A program made the position numbers and the translations under genes. Source: Dictyostelium discoideum (taxonomy: Eukaryota). From it: a DNA stretch of 64,000 nt. The first letter of the stretch is position 1, and every line of letters begins with the position of its first letter. The notes under the pieces were generated by a model. That model had not been told where the DNA came from. It saw only the letters and a program-made list of their open reading frames with translations, and ran no database searches. The DNA is taken from the NCBI GenBank assembly GCA_000004695.1, contig CM000152.2, forward strand, positions 608,001 to 672,000, read 5' to 3'. Shown in pieces: positions 40,642-53,047 of the stretch.

Positions 40642-40964
40642 CAGTGGTCATAAAAAAACAAATAGTGGAAGTATTGGATTTTTAAGGTATAGAAGTCATT
40701 CAGCGTCAAATTCACAGGTTACCAATAGAGATGATTTTTCATTTCAACGTTCATCATTAGATCTAAGTAATATGTTAGCAACATCAATATCATCAACTAC
40801 ATCATCCAATTCATCCTCATCATCATCATCACCAGTTTCACAAAATGAATCACCTTTAAAAAATACCCTTTTAAGTAATAGTCAAAATAATAATCAAAAT
40901 CATATTAATAATCAAAATCAAAATCAAAATCAAAATCATTTATCTCCGACTTTATCGTCACATC

Positions 40965-41015
<51 letters not shown>

Positions 41016-41183
41016 GTAATAGCAATAGTAATAGTAATAATAATAATAATAATAACAATAACAATAATAATAGTAATATATCTGCGTCCATTAATAGTAA
41101 TAATAGTAATAATGAAACATTAGTATCATCTGTAATATCATCAAAAAATAATAATCATGTATCAAATATAAATAGCAATAGTA

Positions 41184-41234
<51 letters not shown>

Positions 41235-41459
41235 TTGAACAACAACAAAATTCTATATTAACTGGGTCAAATTTAAGTATTGTTGGACATCAGAATAATA
41301 ATGGATTAAGTAATAGTTCAAATCAGCTTGGAGGATCAAATAGTAATATATTAAAAGAAAGTACAAGTTCAGTTTCAAGTAGTGGTTCACCTAACTTTTT
41401 AGTTGATGGCTTTATAAGAGATTTAATGTCTATTAAAGCTTCTTCAAAATCTCAAATTA
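40642..41459 (+). CDS. Large unknown protein, exon 3 (Ser/Asn-rich)
   Basis: Acceptor ttaaaag|C (or cag|T at 40645). Reads SSGHKKTNSGSIGFLRYRSHSASNSQVTNRDDFSFQRSSLDLSN, followed by poly-N/S tracts, then ...SKSQI. The donor is A|gtatgt. Confidence 0.5.
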
Positions 41460-41539
41460 GTATGTAGTTTAATTTATTAATTCATTTATATTTTAAAATA
41501 TACCTAACATTTTTTTTTCTTTTAATAATAATTTTCTAG

Positions 41540-43107
41540 AAGCACAAAGTTTATTAACATATTCACCATTTGGTGGACTAAATAGTCAAAATGAGAATAG
41601 TCCAAAAGCAGTTAATAAGGATATATTTAAATGTCCAGATGATTCACAAAATCATTCAAGAATAAATATAGTTAGAGAATCTAAAAAGAAAGCGGAAAAG
41701 AAAGATCAAACCATTTATACATTTCGAAGAAGAAAACCAGCATTATTTCAATATAAATACTATAAGGATCAAGAGCCATTGAAAATCACTGAACAAGAGA
41801 TAACTCAAGTGGTTAGAGTTATCATTAATCCTGCAACACCACAAGATAGATCAATTGCAACCAAAATATTTATAAAGATCATTTTGGATATTTATTGTCG
41901 TGACGGTTTAGTCGTTCAAAGTTCAGAGAAATTGATTTCAAATTACTTTCATCAATTCATTTCAAGTGTAAATAGAGATACTCGTGCTCATACTTTTAAT
42001 ATTTTATTCAATTTATCAATTCATATTAATCTATATTCAGAATTAAGATTAGAAGATCATCAACAACAACAACAACACCACCACCACCACTCAAATAGTC
42101 AACAACATAATAATAATTTATCAATGATACAAGAATTACACGAGTCAATATTTAGAATAGTAATTGAAATGATTCAATATTTAGTTGATAATAAAGAAAA
42201 AGATGAAAGAACTTGGTCAGAATCATTAAGTTGTGTATTGTTTTTTATAACAGAAGAAGGTGTAGTTCTAAAGGATAAATTGTTCCAATTGAATTCTCAA
42301 ATGATTGCAGCTTTCTTATCAAATATTCAAGATCTAATGAGTGATAGCGTTAGAAGAGTATTAATTAGAATGTTGGCTACTTTTCTTTACAAAGACCCAA
42401 TGGGTAATCATATAAACAATCAAAATAATCTATTGTTTTTAAATGAAGAAGAATTTAATGCAGTTGGTGGTATTCAATTCATACTACAGTTATATACTAC
42501 CGTTAGATCAAGCGAAGCAAAGAATAACCTATTTGTAATTATATTTGATTATGTCCTTCATACAGCTTTAAAGACTCAAACCATTGTTGAAGCTCAAATT
42601 GTAAATGAATCACCATTGCTATTAGAACTCTTTAGAAGATCTGATGCCTCTCATTATTTCACTCAAATTTTCAAATGTATACCAGAACATGGTTTTATTT
42701 CAAAGTTTTTTCTCTACACTTCTGAAGAGGCTAAACATGATTCCTCCTATAGTTACGAAGATTTAATCATAAAGTTCACAATGAAACTTGAAGAATTTGC
42801 AACTCGTTATCAAAGTGTTGATTCAAATTTCGAAAGATTAATAATCGATTGTCAAGAGATACCAGAGAAATATCAACAAATTCTCACTGATTCCTTATCA
42901 AATGAAGATGATGAACAATCATTATTCAACGCTGAAAATTGGTTATTCTTACTCTTAAAGAGAGTTTTAATTGATAAAGATGAAAATTATTCACATTTTA
43001 ATTTCTCCATTAATATTTACTTTCAATTGGCTTCAAATTTAAGTACAAGATTAAGAAGAATTTATATTTCAATAACTGAAAGATTATTATTATTATCAAA
43101 ATTTAGA
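41540..43107 (+). CDS. Large unknown protein, exon 4
   Basis: Acceptor ttttctag|AA. Reads AQSLLTYSPFGGLNSQ...KITEQEITQVVRVIINPATPQDRSIATKIFIKIILDIYCRDGLVVQSSEKL...HQQQQQHHHHH...LSKFR. The donor is AGA|gtaagt. Confidence 0.55.
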
Positions 43108-43110
43108 GTA

Positions 43111-43153
<43 letters not shown>

Positions 43154-43199
43154 AAATTAAAAAGTATTAATTAAATATTTTATTATATATCAACTATAG

Positions 43200-43814
43200 T
43201 TGTCAATAAATGAAACTAAAACAAGTGAAATATTTGATATGTTTAATGAAAGATTTACAAGATTAATTTCTCAAGGTGAAAAATCAGAAAACAATCTTAT
43301 GTATATAGTTGATATTTTATTTGATATGATTTACAAGAGAGCAGGTACAGGTTTATTAAGATCGAAAGAGTCGGTACCAGATACAAATTATTCATTGTTT
43401 TTAACGAATCAATTCGTGGTATCCCTATCACTTTTGAAATTATTTAATATCAATATCATTCAGTATCTATTCAACAATATTCAACACAGTGAAAATACTA
43501 AAGAGCAAAGACTATTCTTGTTACACATTCTAATTCAACGTTGTAAAGATAGTGAAGATTTATTAAAAGTTGGTGGTATTGGATTTTTTAAGAATCTATT
43601 ATCGGATCTTTCAACTCCAATCGCTTACCATTCAAGTTACTTTTTATTGACCCAATTGGAAAATGATTCACCCGAACAATATCGTTCTATCTTGACTCGT
43701 TTACTTCAAAAAGCAAGAGATAACAATAATGAAAATTTACTTTCAAATCCATTTTTCCAAGTTCAAGGTATTGTTGAAATGTCACTTCAACAACCAATTC
43801 AAAATAAAAATTAA
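43200..43814 (+). CDS. Large unknown protein, exon 5
   Basis: Acceptor ctatag|TTG, phase 0. Reads LSINETKTSEIFDMFNERFTRLISQGEKSENNLMYIVDILFDMIYKRAGTG...QNKN*. Confidence 0.55.
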   Translation: MSINETKTSEIFDMFNERFTRLISQGEKSENNLMYIVDILFDMIYKRAGTGLLRSKESVPDTNYSLFLTNQFVVSLSLLKLFNINIIQYLFNNIQHSENTKEQRLFLLHILIQRCKDSEDLLKVGGIGFFKNLLSDLSTPIAYHSSYFLLTQLENDSPEQYRSILTRLLQKARDNNNENLLSNPFFQVQGIVEMSLQQPIQNKN

Positions 43815-43889
43815 ATAATAATTAAAAAATAAATAAATAAAAAAAAAAAAAATAAAAAAATTTAAGCAAACAAATAAAAAAAAAAAAAA

Positions 43890-43953
43890 CCTATGATAAT
43901 AGTAAAAAATATCTATATTAATTAATATAGATATTTTTTACTATTATCATAGG
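43890..43953. repeat. Perfect 64-bp palindrome (inverted repeat with no spacer)
   Basis: cctatgataatagtaaaaaatatctatattaat|taatatagatattttttactattatcatagg is exactly equal to its own reverse complement. Its right arm is KR-domain-like coding sequence of the PKS remnant. Confidence 0.8.
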
Positions 43954-46900
43954 TAATGATAATTTATATAGATTATATGCTCCAACAACTTTTGGATCAT
44001 ATGTTCTATCTAAATGATTCTTATCAATATCTAATATTGGTGAATCAATATTCATAAATTGTTGCCAAATGAATAATTGATGCAACTGGTTCAACATTTT
44101 TATTATTATTGTAGAATGTATTGATTGAATTATTTAAATCATCATAGTTTGAATTTCTATTTTGGTTTATTAGTTTTTTAACTTCCCATTTACAACTTGA
44201 TTTTGAAATTATTATAATATCTTTTAAATGTTTTGGTGCATGATTAATAATCCATTTTGTAATAATTGGTGAAATACTAGTTTGACCAGTAATTAATAAA
44301 GTTGATGGTAATGAATTAATTTCATAATTTGTTTTGATAATGGTCTTATTAATTGTAGAGTTTGAAATAAATTGATCAAAGTTTTGGAAATCAACAACAA
44401 TTTTACCAATGTGTTTTCTATCATTAACATAATAAATTGCTTTTTTTGTTTTTTCGACATAAAATTCTGAAATTGGGATCATTTCTAATTTACTATTGCC
44501 AATATCTCTAAATTATTCTGATAAAATATTAGTAATTCTTGGATTATGTTTACAAACTCTTTCAATATCTATTGTATTATAACCAACATTAAATTTGAAA
44601 TTATTTAAATCAACATTATCATTATCAATTAATTGAGTCATTGATAAACATGAAATTCTTCCAATTTCACTCAATGCATCAAAATTATATTTCAAAAATT
44701 CAACTGATAAAGTATCTAAAATCAAATCAACACCCTTTCCATTAATTTCTTTAATTCTATCACTAAACCTTTTTGATAGTGAACTTGTTTCAGTTGAAAG
44801 TATTTTTGTAATAATATCACCATAATTTTCTAATAGATATTGTTTCTTTTCTTTTGATCCACCAATTGTTACAAAAACATTACCACAATGTTCTTTAGAT
44901 TTTAATAATTTCAATGCAGCCAAACCAACACCGCCACATGCCGAATGGATTAATACTGATTCATCCTTTTCCAATCTACCTAAATGATATAGTGAATAAT
45001 ATGAACTCATATATACCATTGGAATTGATGCTGGTTCAACAAATGATATATTGGTTGGTTTATGAACGAACTAAACGAATGTGGAATTAAACTGGCTACT
45101 TGCTCGTTTAATTTAAATTTGGTAACTTTAGAACCAACTTTTGTTATGATACCAGAACATTCCAAACCTAAAGGTGGATTATAGATATTTCTTTTTGCAA
45201 AAATTTCTTGTGGTAATAATGCTCTCGTTGTTAAATCAGTTCTAAAATAAAATTCAACTTTGTATTTATTTTTTGAACTTGGGAATAAATTTGTTTGTAA
45301 TTTATATCTATTTCCTTCAGTGATAAAAACTGGTAATTTTTTAAATTATGAATTAATATATCTTTTCGTTTGAAAATGTTCGATATATTATCAATGTATC
45401 CACTTCCTGGGAATAAAACTTTTCCTTTAACTCTATGATCATTTAAAAATTTATACATTTTATTTGATGTATCAATTATTGAATGATAAGTTTCGACACC
45501 ATTTATTGATTTTCTACCTTAAATATCAACTGATGGACCTTCTAAAATTTTCTTTTTACTTTTTAATGGATATGACCAATGGATTTCATCATCCCATTGA
45601 TATCTTGGTAGCGATGATGTTGAATCCTTATAGAATTTATCATTTAGTTCTTTTTGATTAAATTGACTTTCAAAATTTAAATTTAAACCAAATCTATTCA
45701 ACGACATGATTGTTGAATTAAAAGAATCAATTTGAGAAGACATCTTCTTATTTAAACTTGTCAAAATTAATGGTTTCAAATTTTTATCTGATGGGATTGA
45801 TTTTTTAATATAATATGCTAATGTTGGAGTTGGTGCTATCTCAATAATAACTGGGTTTTTAAATGATGAATCTTGTTGGTTATCTAAATATTCAAATATT
45901 GATTTAATTGCCTTATTGAATTGTACAGGATTTCTAATATAATTATAAATGTAATCAACATTCATTTGTGATTTTTCAGTTAATTGATCACCATAATGAG
46001 TTGAGAATAATACCTTCATTGGTTTATTTGCATATTTCATATTTATTAAATCTGGGTTATAGAAACCATCTTTAATAATTTCTTGTTTTGATGAATGGAA
46101 TGCAGTGAGTGAACTTAATAATGAAGAGAATATATTATTATTTTGTAAAATAGTTGACAATGATTTTAATTCATTTTCATCACCTGAAACTACGATTGAA
46201 TCTTCAGAATTAAAACATGAAATTTCTAAATTCGGATAACTATTTGAATATTTATTGATTCCTTTTCTCTTAAACCAATTGATAACATTCTACCCATCCT
46301 ACAGTTTTATTTTGAAGCATTGCTCTATAGTAAGAAATGGTGCATGCAGTTTCCAAATCAATAATATTTGAGCAATATGCGGCTGCAACTTCACCAAAGG
46401 AATGACCTAAAATAATTGATGGTTCAATACCCCAACTTTAATATAATTCAACTATTGAAATTTGTAAAAAAAAGAGATATGATTGTGCATTTATTGGTTA
46501 TTAATTTCAATACTATTTGCTGATAATGAATTAACATGTTGGAATACAGAATATTTAAAATGATTTGGTAACATTTTATCAACTTTTATTAATGTGTTTC
46601 TATATAATTCATTATTTTCATATAATTCATTATGCATACCAATATATTGAGGTCCTGCAAAAACAAATATGATTGATGTTTGTTTAACTGGTTTTGAAAT
46701 CTGAAATTGTTGATGGAGATAAAGTTATTGATTTTTCAATTTCATTTAAATCATTCCAATTATTTACCGATACAATATTACGAGCACCAGAAAATATTGT
46801 TTTTGATAAACAATGCTTTTTAACAAAATCTTTAAATTTCATTTTTCCAGAACATGAACCAATATTTTCTTTAATTGTATTTAAATATCTATCTAAAGAA

Positions 46901-47339
46901 TTTATTGAATTTGATGAAAATGGGATTAAATAATTTCTTTCACATTTTCACTTTTTATCTTTTTCAATAAATCTTGGAGGTTCTTCTAAAATTAAATGAA
47001 CATATGATCCAGACATACCAAAATTATTAATTCCAATTGCAACTGGTATTTTTAAATTGTTTGGAAAATCTTCTAATTCTGTTTGAACTTTTAAATTCCA
47101 TTCATCAATTTTAATTTTTGGATTGATTCTTTCAAAATGAATGTTTGGAATGAATTTTTTATATTTTAAACTTAAACAAACTTTAATAAATGAACCAACA
47201 CCACTTGCTGCTTCCATATGGCCAATGTTGGTTTTAACTGAACCAATTCTTAATGGATTTGATTTTGAATGATGATCTTTAAAAACCATTGAAACAGATT
47301 CTACCTCGGTTGGATCACCAGTTGGAGTACCATAATCCT
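43922..47339 (-). pseudogene. Polyketide synthase pseudogene remnant, truncated at both ends and interrupted by frameshifts (KS C-term, AT, DH, ER, KR N-term)
   Basis: In the 5'→3' direction on the minus strand the fragments are as follows. KS: DYGTPTGDPTEVESVSMVFKDHH...GSVKTNIGHMEAASG. AT: SWGIEPSIILGHSFGEVAAAYCS and ...IRNPVQFNKAIKSI...VIIEIAPTPTLAYYIKK. DH: LNDHRVKGKVLFPGSGYID. ER: FVEPASIPMVYMSSYYSLYHLGRLEKDESVLIHSACGGVGLAALKLL. KR: LLITGQTSISPIITKWIIN...DPKVVGAYNLYKLSLPMI. These pieces lie in different frames separated by stops, for example 1-nt frameshifts near 45050 and 44045. Each domain is shorter than in intact Dictyostelium PKS genes. No upstream KS exon or downstream ACP is present. 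Confidence 0.65.
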
Positions 47340-47827
47340 ATAATAAATTTTAATTTTAATAATATATATTTTATTAATTTTTAAATCATCTAAAAAAAAA
47401 AGAAAAAAAAAAAATTGTTGAAAAAAAAAAAAAAAAAAAGATAAAAATAACCCCACCACCACTTTATTAAAATATGAATATTTTTTTGTGGGATTTGAAA
47501 CCACAAATCGTAAAATTACATATATTTTTTATTTGGTTTGACACATGGTGTCTAAAATGAATTCAAATGAAAATATTATTTTAAATAAGAAAATATCATT
47601 AAATTTTAAAAAAATACTAAAATTTAATTGGTTTTTTTTTCAATATAAATTTGTTTTTTATTTTATTTTATTAAAATTAATTAATATTACAACAATGTGT
47701 ATAATCTATTGTTTTTTCAGACATTTGTCGTTACGTAATTTTTTTTTTTTTTTTATTTATTGTATTTTATTTTATTTTATTTAATTTTATTTTATTTTAT
47801 TTTATTTTATTTATTTTAGAGTTTTTC

Positions 47828-47858
<31 letters not shown>

Positions 47859-47950
47859 TAAAGTTTTAGTATTGAATTGTTACAAGAAATAATTTCTATC
47901 AAATAAAAAGAAATTTTAATTAATAACTTTTTATTTTAAAATTATTATTA

Positions 47951-48498
47951 TTAAGGAGAAGAATCGGCTCGATCTTTTAGAATTAAATTTAATAAAGAAT
48001 ATGAAGATGTTAAAGTTTTTCTATTTTTTCTCTTTTTATAAATAACAACCAAGGCTATAACTATTATTAAAATACCAGCTGGAGTTCCTATTGACAATGA
48101 AAGTATTAATGCTAAATGGTTTGGTCTATTATATTTTCCTCTGTCATCATAAAATGTTGGCTTGATTGGGAAAAATGAAAAATCATATTCATATCTCTGA
48201 TTTTCAATTGATTGTTCAATATATTCATTATTCAATTCTTTATTTATAGCATAATTATTATTATTAGGTATGATTTGATCTAATTGGAAATTAAAATTAA
48301 AAGTAAATGATTTAATTTCATGAGGTTTAATTTGAATAGTTTCAATTGTTTTGTTGTTTTCACCTTTATTCTCACCATCAATAATATTATTTGTTCCATT
48401 ATTTGAGAAAATAATTGATGATGGTTTTTCATTTATAAATGAATATTCTGATTCACCACATTTGACTGGGAATTTTTTATTTATTCTTGTTGAATATT
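47951..48498 (-). CDS. GH38 alpha-mannosidase copy 1, exon 4 (C-terminal, with TM anchor)
   Basis: Acceptor taattag|AA. Reads KYSTRINKKFPVKCGESEYSFINEKPSSIIF...NNEYIEQSIENQRYEYDFSFFPIKPTFYDDRGKYNRPNHLALILSLSIGTPAGILIIVIALVVIYKKRKNRK...*. Near-identical to exon 4 of copy 2. Confidence 0.75.
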
Positions 48499-48587
48499 CT
48501 AATTATTATTTTATTTTATTTTTTTTTAAAAAAAAAGTTAGTAAAAATTCTAATAAATAGAAAATAATAATTTTATAATGTACATAC

Positions 48588-51181
48588 TATCAATTAAATT
48601 ATTTTTTGTTAATTTTAAAAAAGATAAACCAGTTTCAATAAAGTTTGATATTTCTAATTCGTTAAATAATGTTGATTTATCGGTATCAGTAGTAGATTGA
48701 GTATTTGAATCAACTTCATGAATATTGAATAATCTTAAACCGACTGTATTGTTTTTTAATGTTAATAATGATTGTAAATGAATATTTGAAGGTAATTGAT
48801 TTGATAATGGTGAATATTTTAATAAATAACCAGTTTGATTATTGTGTTTTTTGACAAACATAATTGGTTGATTTGTAATATGTAAACTTATTCTTTTTTC
48901 ATTTTGTAATTGATTATTAACCAAATCCATATTAAAGTATAATTTAGCATCACTTCTTCCAATATCTTTACTTGGCCAATTTACTCCTTTCCAATCATCA
49001 GTATCCATAGTTCTATGAATCATAATTTCCATTTCGCCATCTGATGGTGATGTTGCGCCAACTGATCTATCTACATAAACTGTATATTGATGATTATTAT
49101 TTTCTGAGGTTTCTTTTAATTTTATATAACCTAAAACTGGGTAATAATTTTGATTGACAGTTCTATCATGATTGTAAATTCTTTTTCTAGATTCTAAACC
49201 ATTATCAGTATAAAATATATCATCATTTTCAAGATCTTTTACTTTATAATTGATTGTTGTTTCTCTATTCATATCACCGTTAATTGAATAACCAGTTTCA
49301 ATGTAATTCTCTGTGATTAATGATTTGCTATTACTATTATCGATTTCATTGTTTTTATAAATTCTTTGAACTACAATCGATGTTACATTGCAACCATCAT
49401 CTACACCATATAACATTGTTAATTGAGATACTAATGGGCCATCGTGGTAGATGAATTTATCAGGGTTCTCTAAGAATCCGTGTTTTTTACCACCTTTAAC
49501 ATTGAAAATGTATGGACCACTCTTTTTAGTTGAATATTGATGGAATGTTTGTTCGATTGTTTTAATTTCATTTGAATTTTTATCAGTTATTTTACTTATT
49601 AAACCATTTGATTCGAATTCTACTTTGAATCTATTATTATTAAAATTAATTTCATTTCCTTTTTTCAATAGTTTTGGTTTTGATAAAATGGTATTTGGTT
49701 TTGAATCTTCATTACTAGAAATACTTAGATAATAAGTATTTAAACCTAATGGTGGTAAATTAATAATTGCAAATACAATATAATTATTTTCAATTGATTG
49801 ACAATTTGAATCATCTTGAATTGGTATTATTTGAATTTGAATTGTTTTATTTGATATAGCTTCAACCAATTGAATTGATTCTAATAATTGATTATCATTT
49901 TTATTAACTTTTATTCTAAATGAAACATGTTGGTTAACTTCCCAACCTAATGTATTGTGGAATACTAATGAATATTGATTATTTATTTCATTTGATAAAT
50001 CTATTACATTTTCAAAATTGAATGGTTCATTTGTACTGTCTGTATTTTCATTATTATTATTATCTTTATTTAATAAATATTCTAAAGAATTTGAAATGAT
50101 ATTATAATTTGAAATTCTTGATTTTTGTAATCTTTGGAAATTATCATTTAAAACAAATGATCTTGAAGTACCTGTAACAATATCATGATGTTGAACCAAT
50201 GCTATTGTATTTCTATTTTCATTTAATTGATTTGATAACGTTTGTAAATTATTAATATCGATTTGATTATTTGAATTTTCGCCAATTGCTAAAGTGTATA
50301 ATATATCTGATGATTTTTGTAAAAGACTTGATTCTCTAATCAATCTTTTTAACAATGGTCTTGTTGTATAATATCCTGTCCAATATTCTAAATCACCAGT
50401 TGAATATGGAAAGAAATCTTTATTATATAATGATAATGTTGATGAAAAACCTGTCTTTAAATTCTCCTCTACAGTTTTACCAAGTTTATTCATAAATTCG
50501 TCCTCTAAAGCAATGAAATATTCATCTATTGTTGCATATTTAATTTCTTTTATATTATACTTTTCTTTATTATCTTGAATAACTTTTAACCATTCTTTTG
50601 AAACTGAAAATTCATTTTTTGCATTTGAATATCTGAAATCATCACCCAATGGAATCATTAGTATGCTTGATTCTCTGGTATTTGATAAATCTTTAATATA
50701 TTTAGTGAATCCTTTAACACGCTCTTCTAATGAAAAATCTTTCTTTGGGTCAATATGCTTTGGATAATCATAATGAACATTTAATGTGGAAACTAACATT
50801 TGTGATTGTTCTCCTAATGATTCTGAACCTTTCCATATGAATTCCATTTCTTTGGCTGATTTCATATAAGATTTAACATCATCTGAAACACGATTAATAA
50901 TTAATCCTTTTATACCCATACTTGAAAAAATGGTTGGTGTTGATGATGAATATCCAAATGGATCGATTTGCCATGCATATTCTATTGTATAGTTAAGTGT
51001 ATCTTTTAACCATTGATGGCCTTGTGTCATTTGTGTTATAACATCATCAATTGTTGCTGTTGCTTCATCATTTTGTACCCATCCACCACTAATAAATGAT
51101 AGTTGTTTATTATTTATTAAATTTCTAACAATTTCTCTTTGATTTTCATTTCGGTCATTCCACCACCTACTAAAAAATCCA
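48588..51181 (-). CDS. GH38 alpha-mannosidase copy 1, exon 3 (catalytic core)
   Basis: Acceptor cacag|T. Reads IGFFSRWWNDRNENQREIVRNLINNKQLSFISGGWVQNDEATATIDDVITQMTQGHQWLKDTLNYTIEYAWQIDPFGYSS.... These are the GH38 core motifs. The donor is GAT A|gtatgtacat. Confidence 0.85.
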
Positions 51182-51320
51182 CTGTGAGTGTGTAAAATAT
51201 AAAAAAAAGGAATAAAAAAAAAAATGGAAAAATAAAAAAAAGAAAAAGGGTGGTTAGTGGGAATAAATAAAAAAAAAATAATAATAATAATAAAGAAGTT
51301 GGAAAATATAAAAACCATAC

Positions 51321-51412
51321 ATTTCTACCCAATTAAATTTCTTTTCTTTATCTAAATTTAATTCATTCACAATACCTGATAAAATATATTGAACAACATG
51401 ATTATAATACCA
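51321..51412 (-). CDS. GH38 alpha-mannosidase copy 1, exon 2
   Basis: Acceptor aaatacag|TGG. Reads WYYNHVVQYILSGIVNELNLDKEKKFNWVE. The donor is AT|gtatgg. Together with the next exon this rebuilds the conserved ...VEIAFFSRWW block. Confidence 0.75.
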
Positions 51413-51489
51413 CTGTATTTAAAATAATTGTTAGAAAAGAAAATAAAAAAATGACTAATAATTAAAACTAAAAAAAACTCAATACAAAC

Positions 51490-51738
51490 GTCATAATCTT
51501 GTAACCAACCACTATCACAATGAGAATGGGGTATTAAAAATATAGATAATTTTTCATCTTTTAAATCTCCATTTAATTGGAATATCTTTTTTAAACTTTG
51601 AGAATTATTATTATAATTTACTATTTCAAAATTTTCATTATAAATATTGATAATAAAAGTTGATAACAAAATCCATACTCCAATAACAAATATAATTTTA
51701 ATTAATTTGGTTTTATTCATTTCTTTTATTTTTAACAT
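51490..51738 (-). CDS. GH38 alpha-mannosidase copy 1, exon 1
   Basis: Starts at ATG 51738. The second ATG at 51720 aligns with the start of copy 2. It encodes a signal/TM segment and then ...SIFLIPHSHCDSGWLQDYD, the GH38 HxxPHSHxDxGW motif. The donor is GAC|gtttgt. Confidence 0.75.
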
Positions 51739-52401
51739 TTATTTTTGGATTTCAAAATAAAAAAAAATCATTGACATAAAAAACACCAAGAAAAAAAAAA
51801 AGTATTAAAAAATATAATATAAAAAAAAAAATTACACGAAAATAAAAAAAAAACAACACCAAAATAAAAAAAAATTTAATTTTTTGGAAAATATCGTCAT
51901 ATAGCAAAAAAAAAAAAATTGTGATGTTTCAAAAAGTAAAAAAACGTCATAAAAAAAACAAAATTCCTAAAAATTCAGACTATCAGACAAAAGTAAGTGA
52001 ATTGATTTCCTACCTTTTGAGGTTTTTATGTTTTAGATTGGGTGAGGAAATATTCGTAGAGAATTTAATTGTAAAAAAAAAAAAAATTTTAAATTAAAAA
52101 TAATAAAAATAAAATTAAAAAAAAAAAAACCTTAATATCCACAGGAAAATATCTTGGACTTTCAAGAAATTTTTTTTTTTACAACCTTTTTTTTCATTTT
52201 TTAAAAAACTCAATATTTTGGATGGTTTACAACCGCTGGAATATATGAAGATAAAAAATATTTTTTGTTTTTTTTTTTTTTTATTTTTATTTTTAGCTTA
52301 TTTTACATTTTTTTATTTTATTTTATTTTATTTTTTGATTTTTATTTTTATTTTGATTGTTTTTTTATTTTTTTATTTTTATTTTTAAATTATTATTATT
52401 T

Positions 52402-52964
52402 TTAAGGAGAATAATCAGTTTGGTCTTCTTGTTGAATTAAATTTGATGAAGAATTTGAAGATGTTAAAGTTTTTCTATTTTTTCTCTTTTTATAAGTAAC
52501 AACCAAGGCTATAACTATTATTAAAATACCAGCTGGAATTCCTATTGACAATGAAAGTATTAATGCTAAATGGTTTGGTCTATTATATTTTCCTCTGTCA
52601 TCATAAAATGTTGGCTTGATTGGGAAAAATGAAAAATCATATTCATATCTCTGATTTTCAATTGATTGTTCAATATATTCATTATTCAATTCTTTATTTA
52701 TAGCATACTTATTATTATTATTATTATTATTAGGTATGATTTGATCTAATTGGAAATTAAAATTAAAAGTAAATGATTTAATTTCATGAGGTTTAATTTG
52801 AATAGTTTCAATTGTTTTGTTGTTTTCACCTTTATTCTCACCATCAATAATATTATTTGTTCCATTATTTGAGAAAATAATTGATGATGGTTTTTCATTT
52901 ATAAATGAATATTCTGATTCACCACATTTGATTGGAAATTTTTTATTTATTCTTGTTGAAAATT
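52402..52964 (-). CDS. GH38 alpha-mannosidase copy 2, exon 4
   Basis: Acceptor aattag|AA. Reads KFSTRINKKFPIKCGESEYSFINEKPSSIIF...TM segment...TYKKRKNRKTLTSSNSSSNLIQQEDQTDYSP*. The cytoplasmic tail differs from copy 1. Confidence 0.75.
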
Positions 52965-53047
52965 CTAATTATTATTTTATTAATTTTTTTTAAAAAAAAA
53001 AAAAAGTTAGTTAAATTCTAAATATATATATATAATATTGTACATAC

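Noticed and set aside
46694-46933. Plus-strand ORF 46694..46933 inside the PKS remnant.
   Set aside because: It is antisense to AT-domain-like sequence, which reads GHSFGE on the minus strand nearby. It has no motif and is low complexity.
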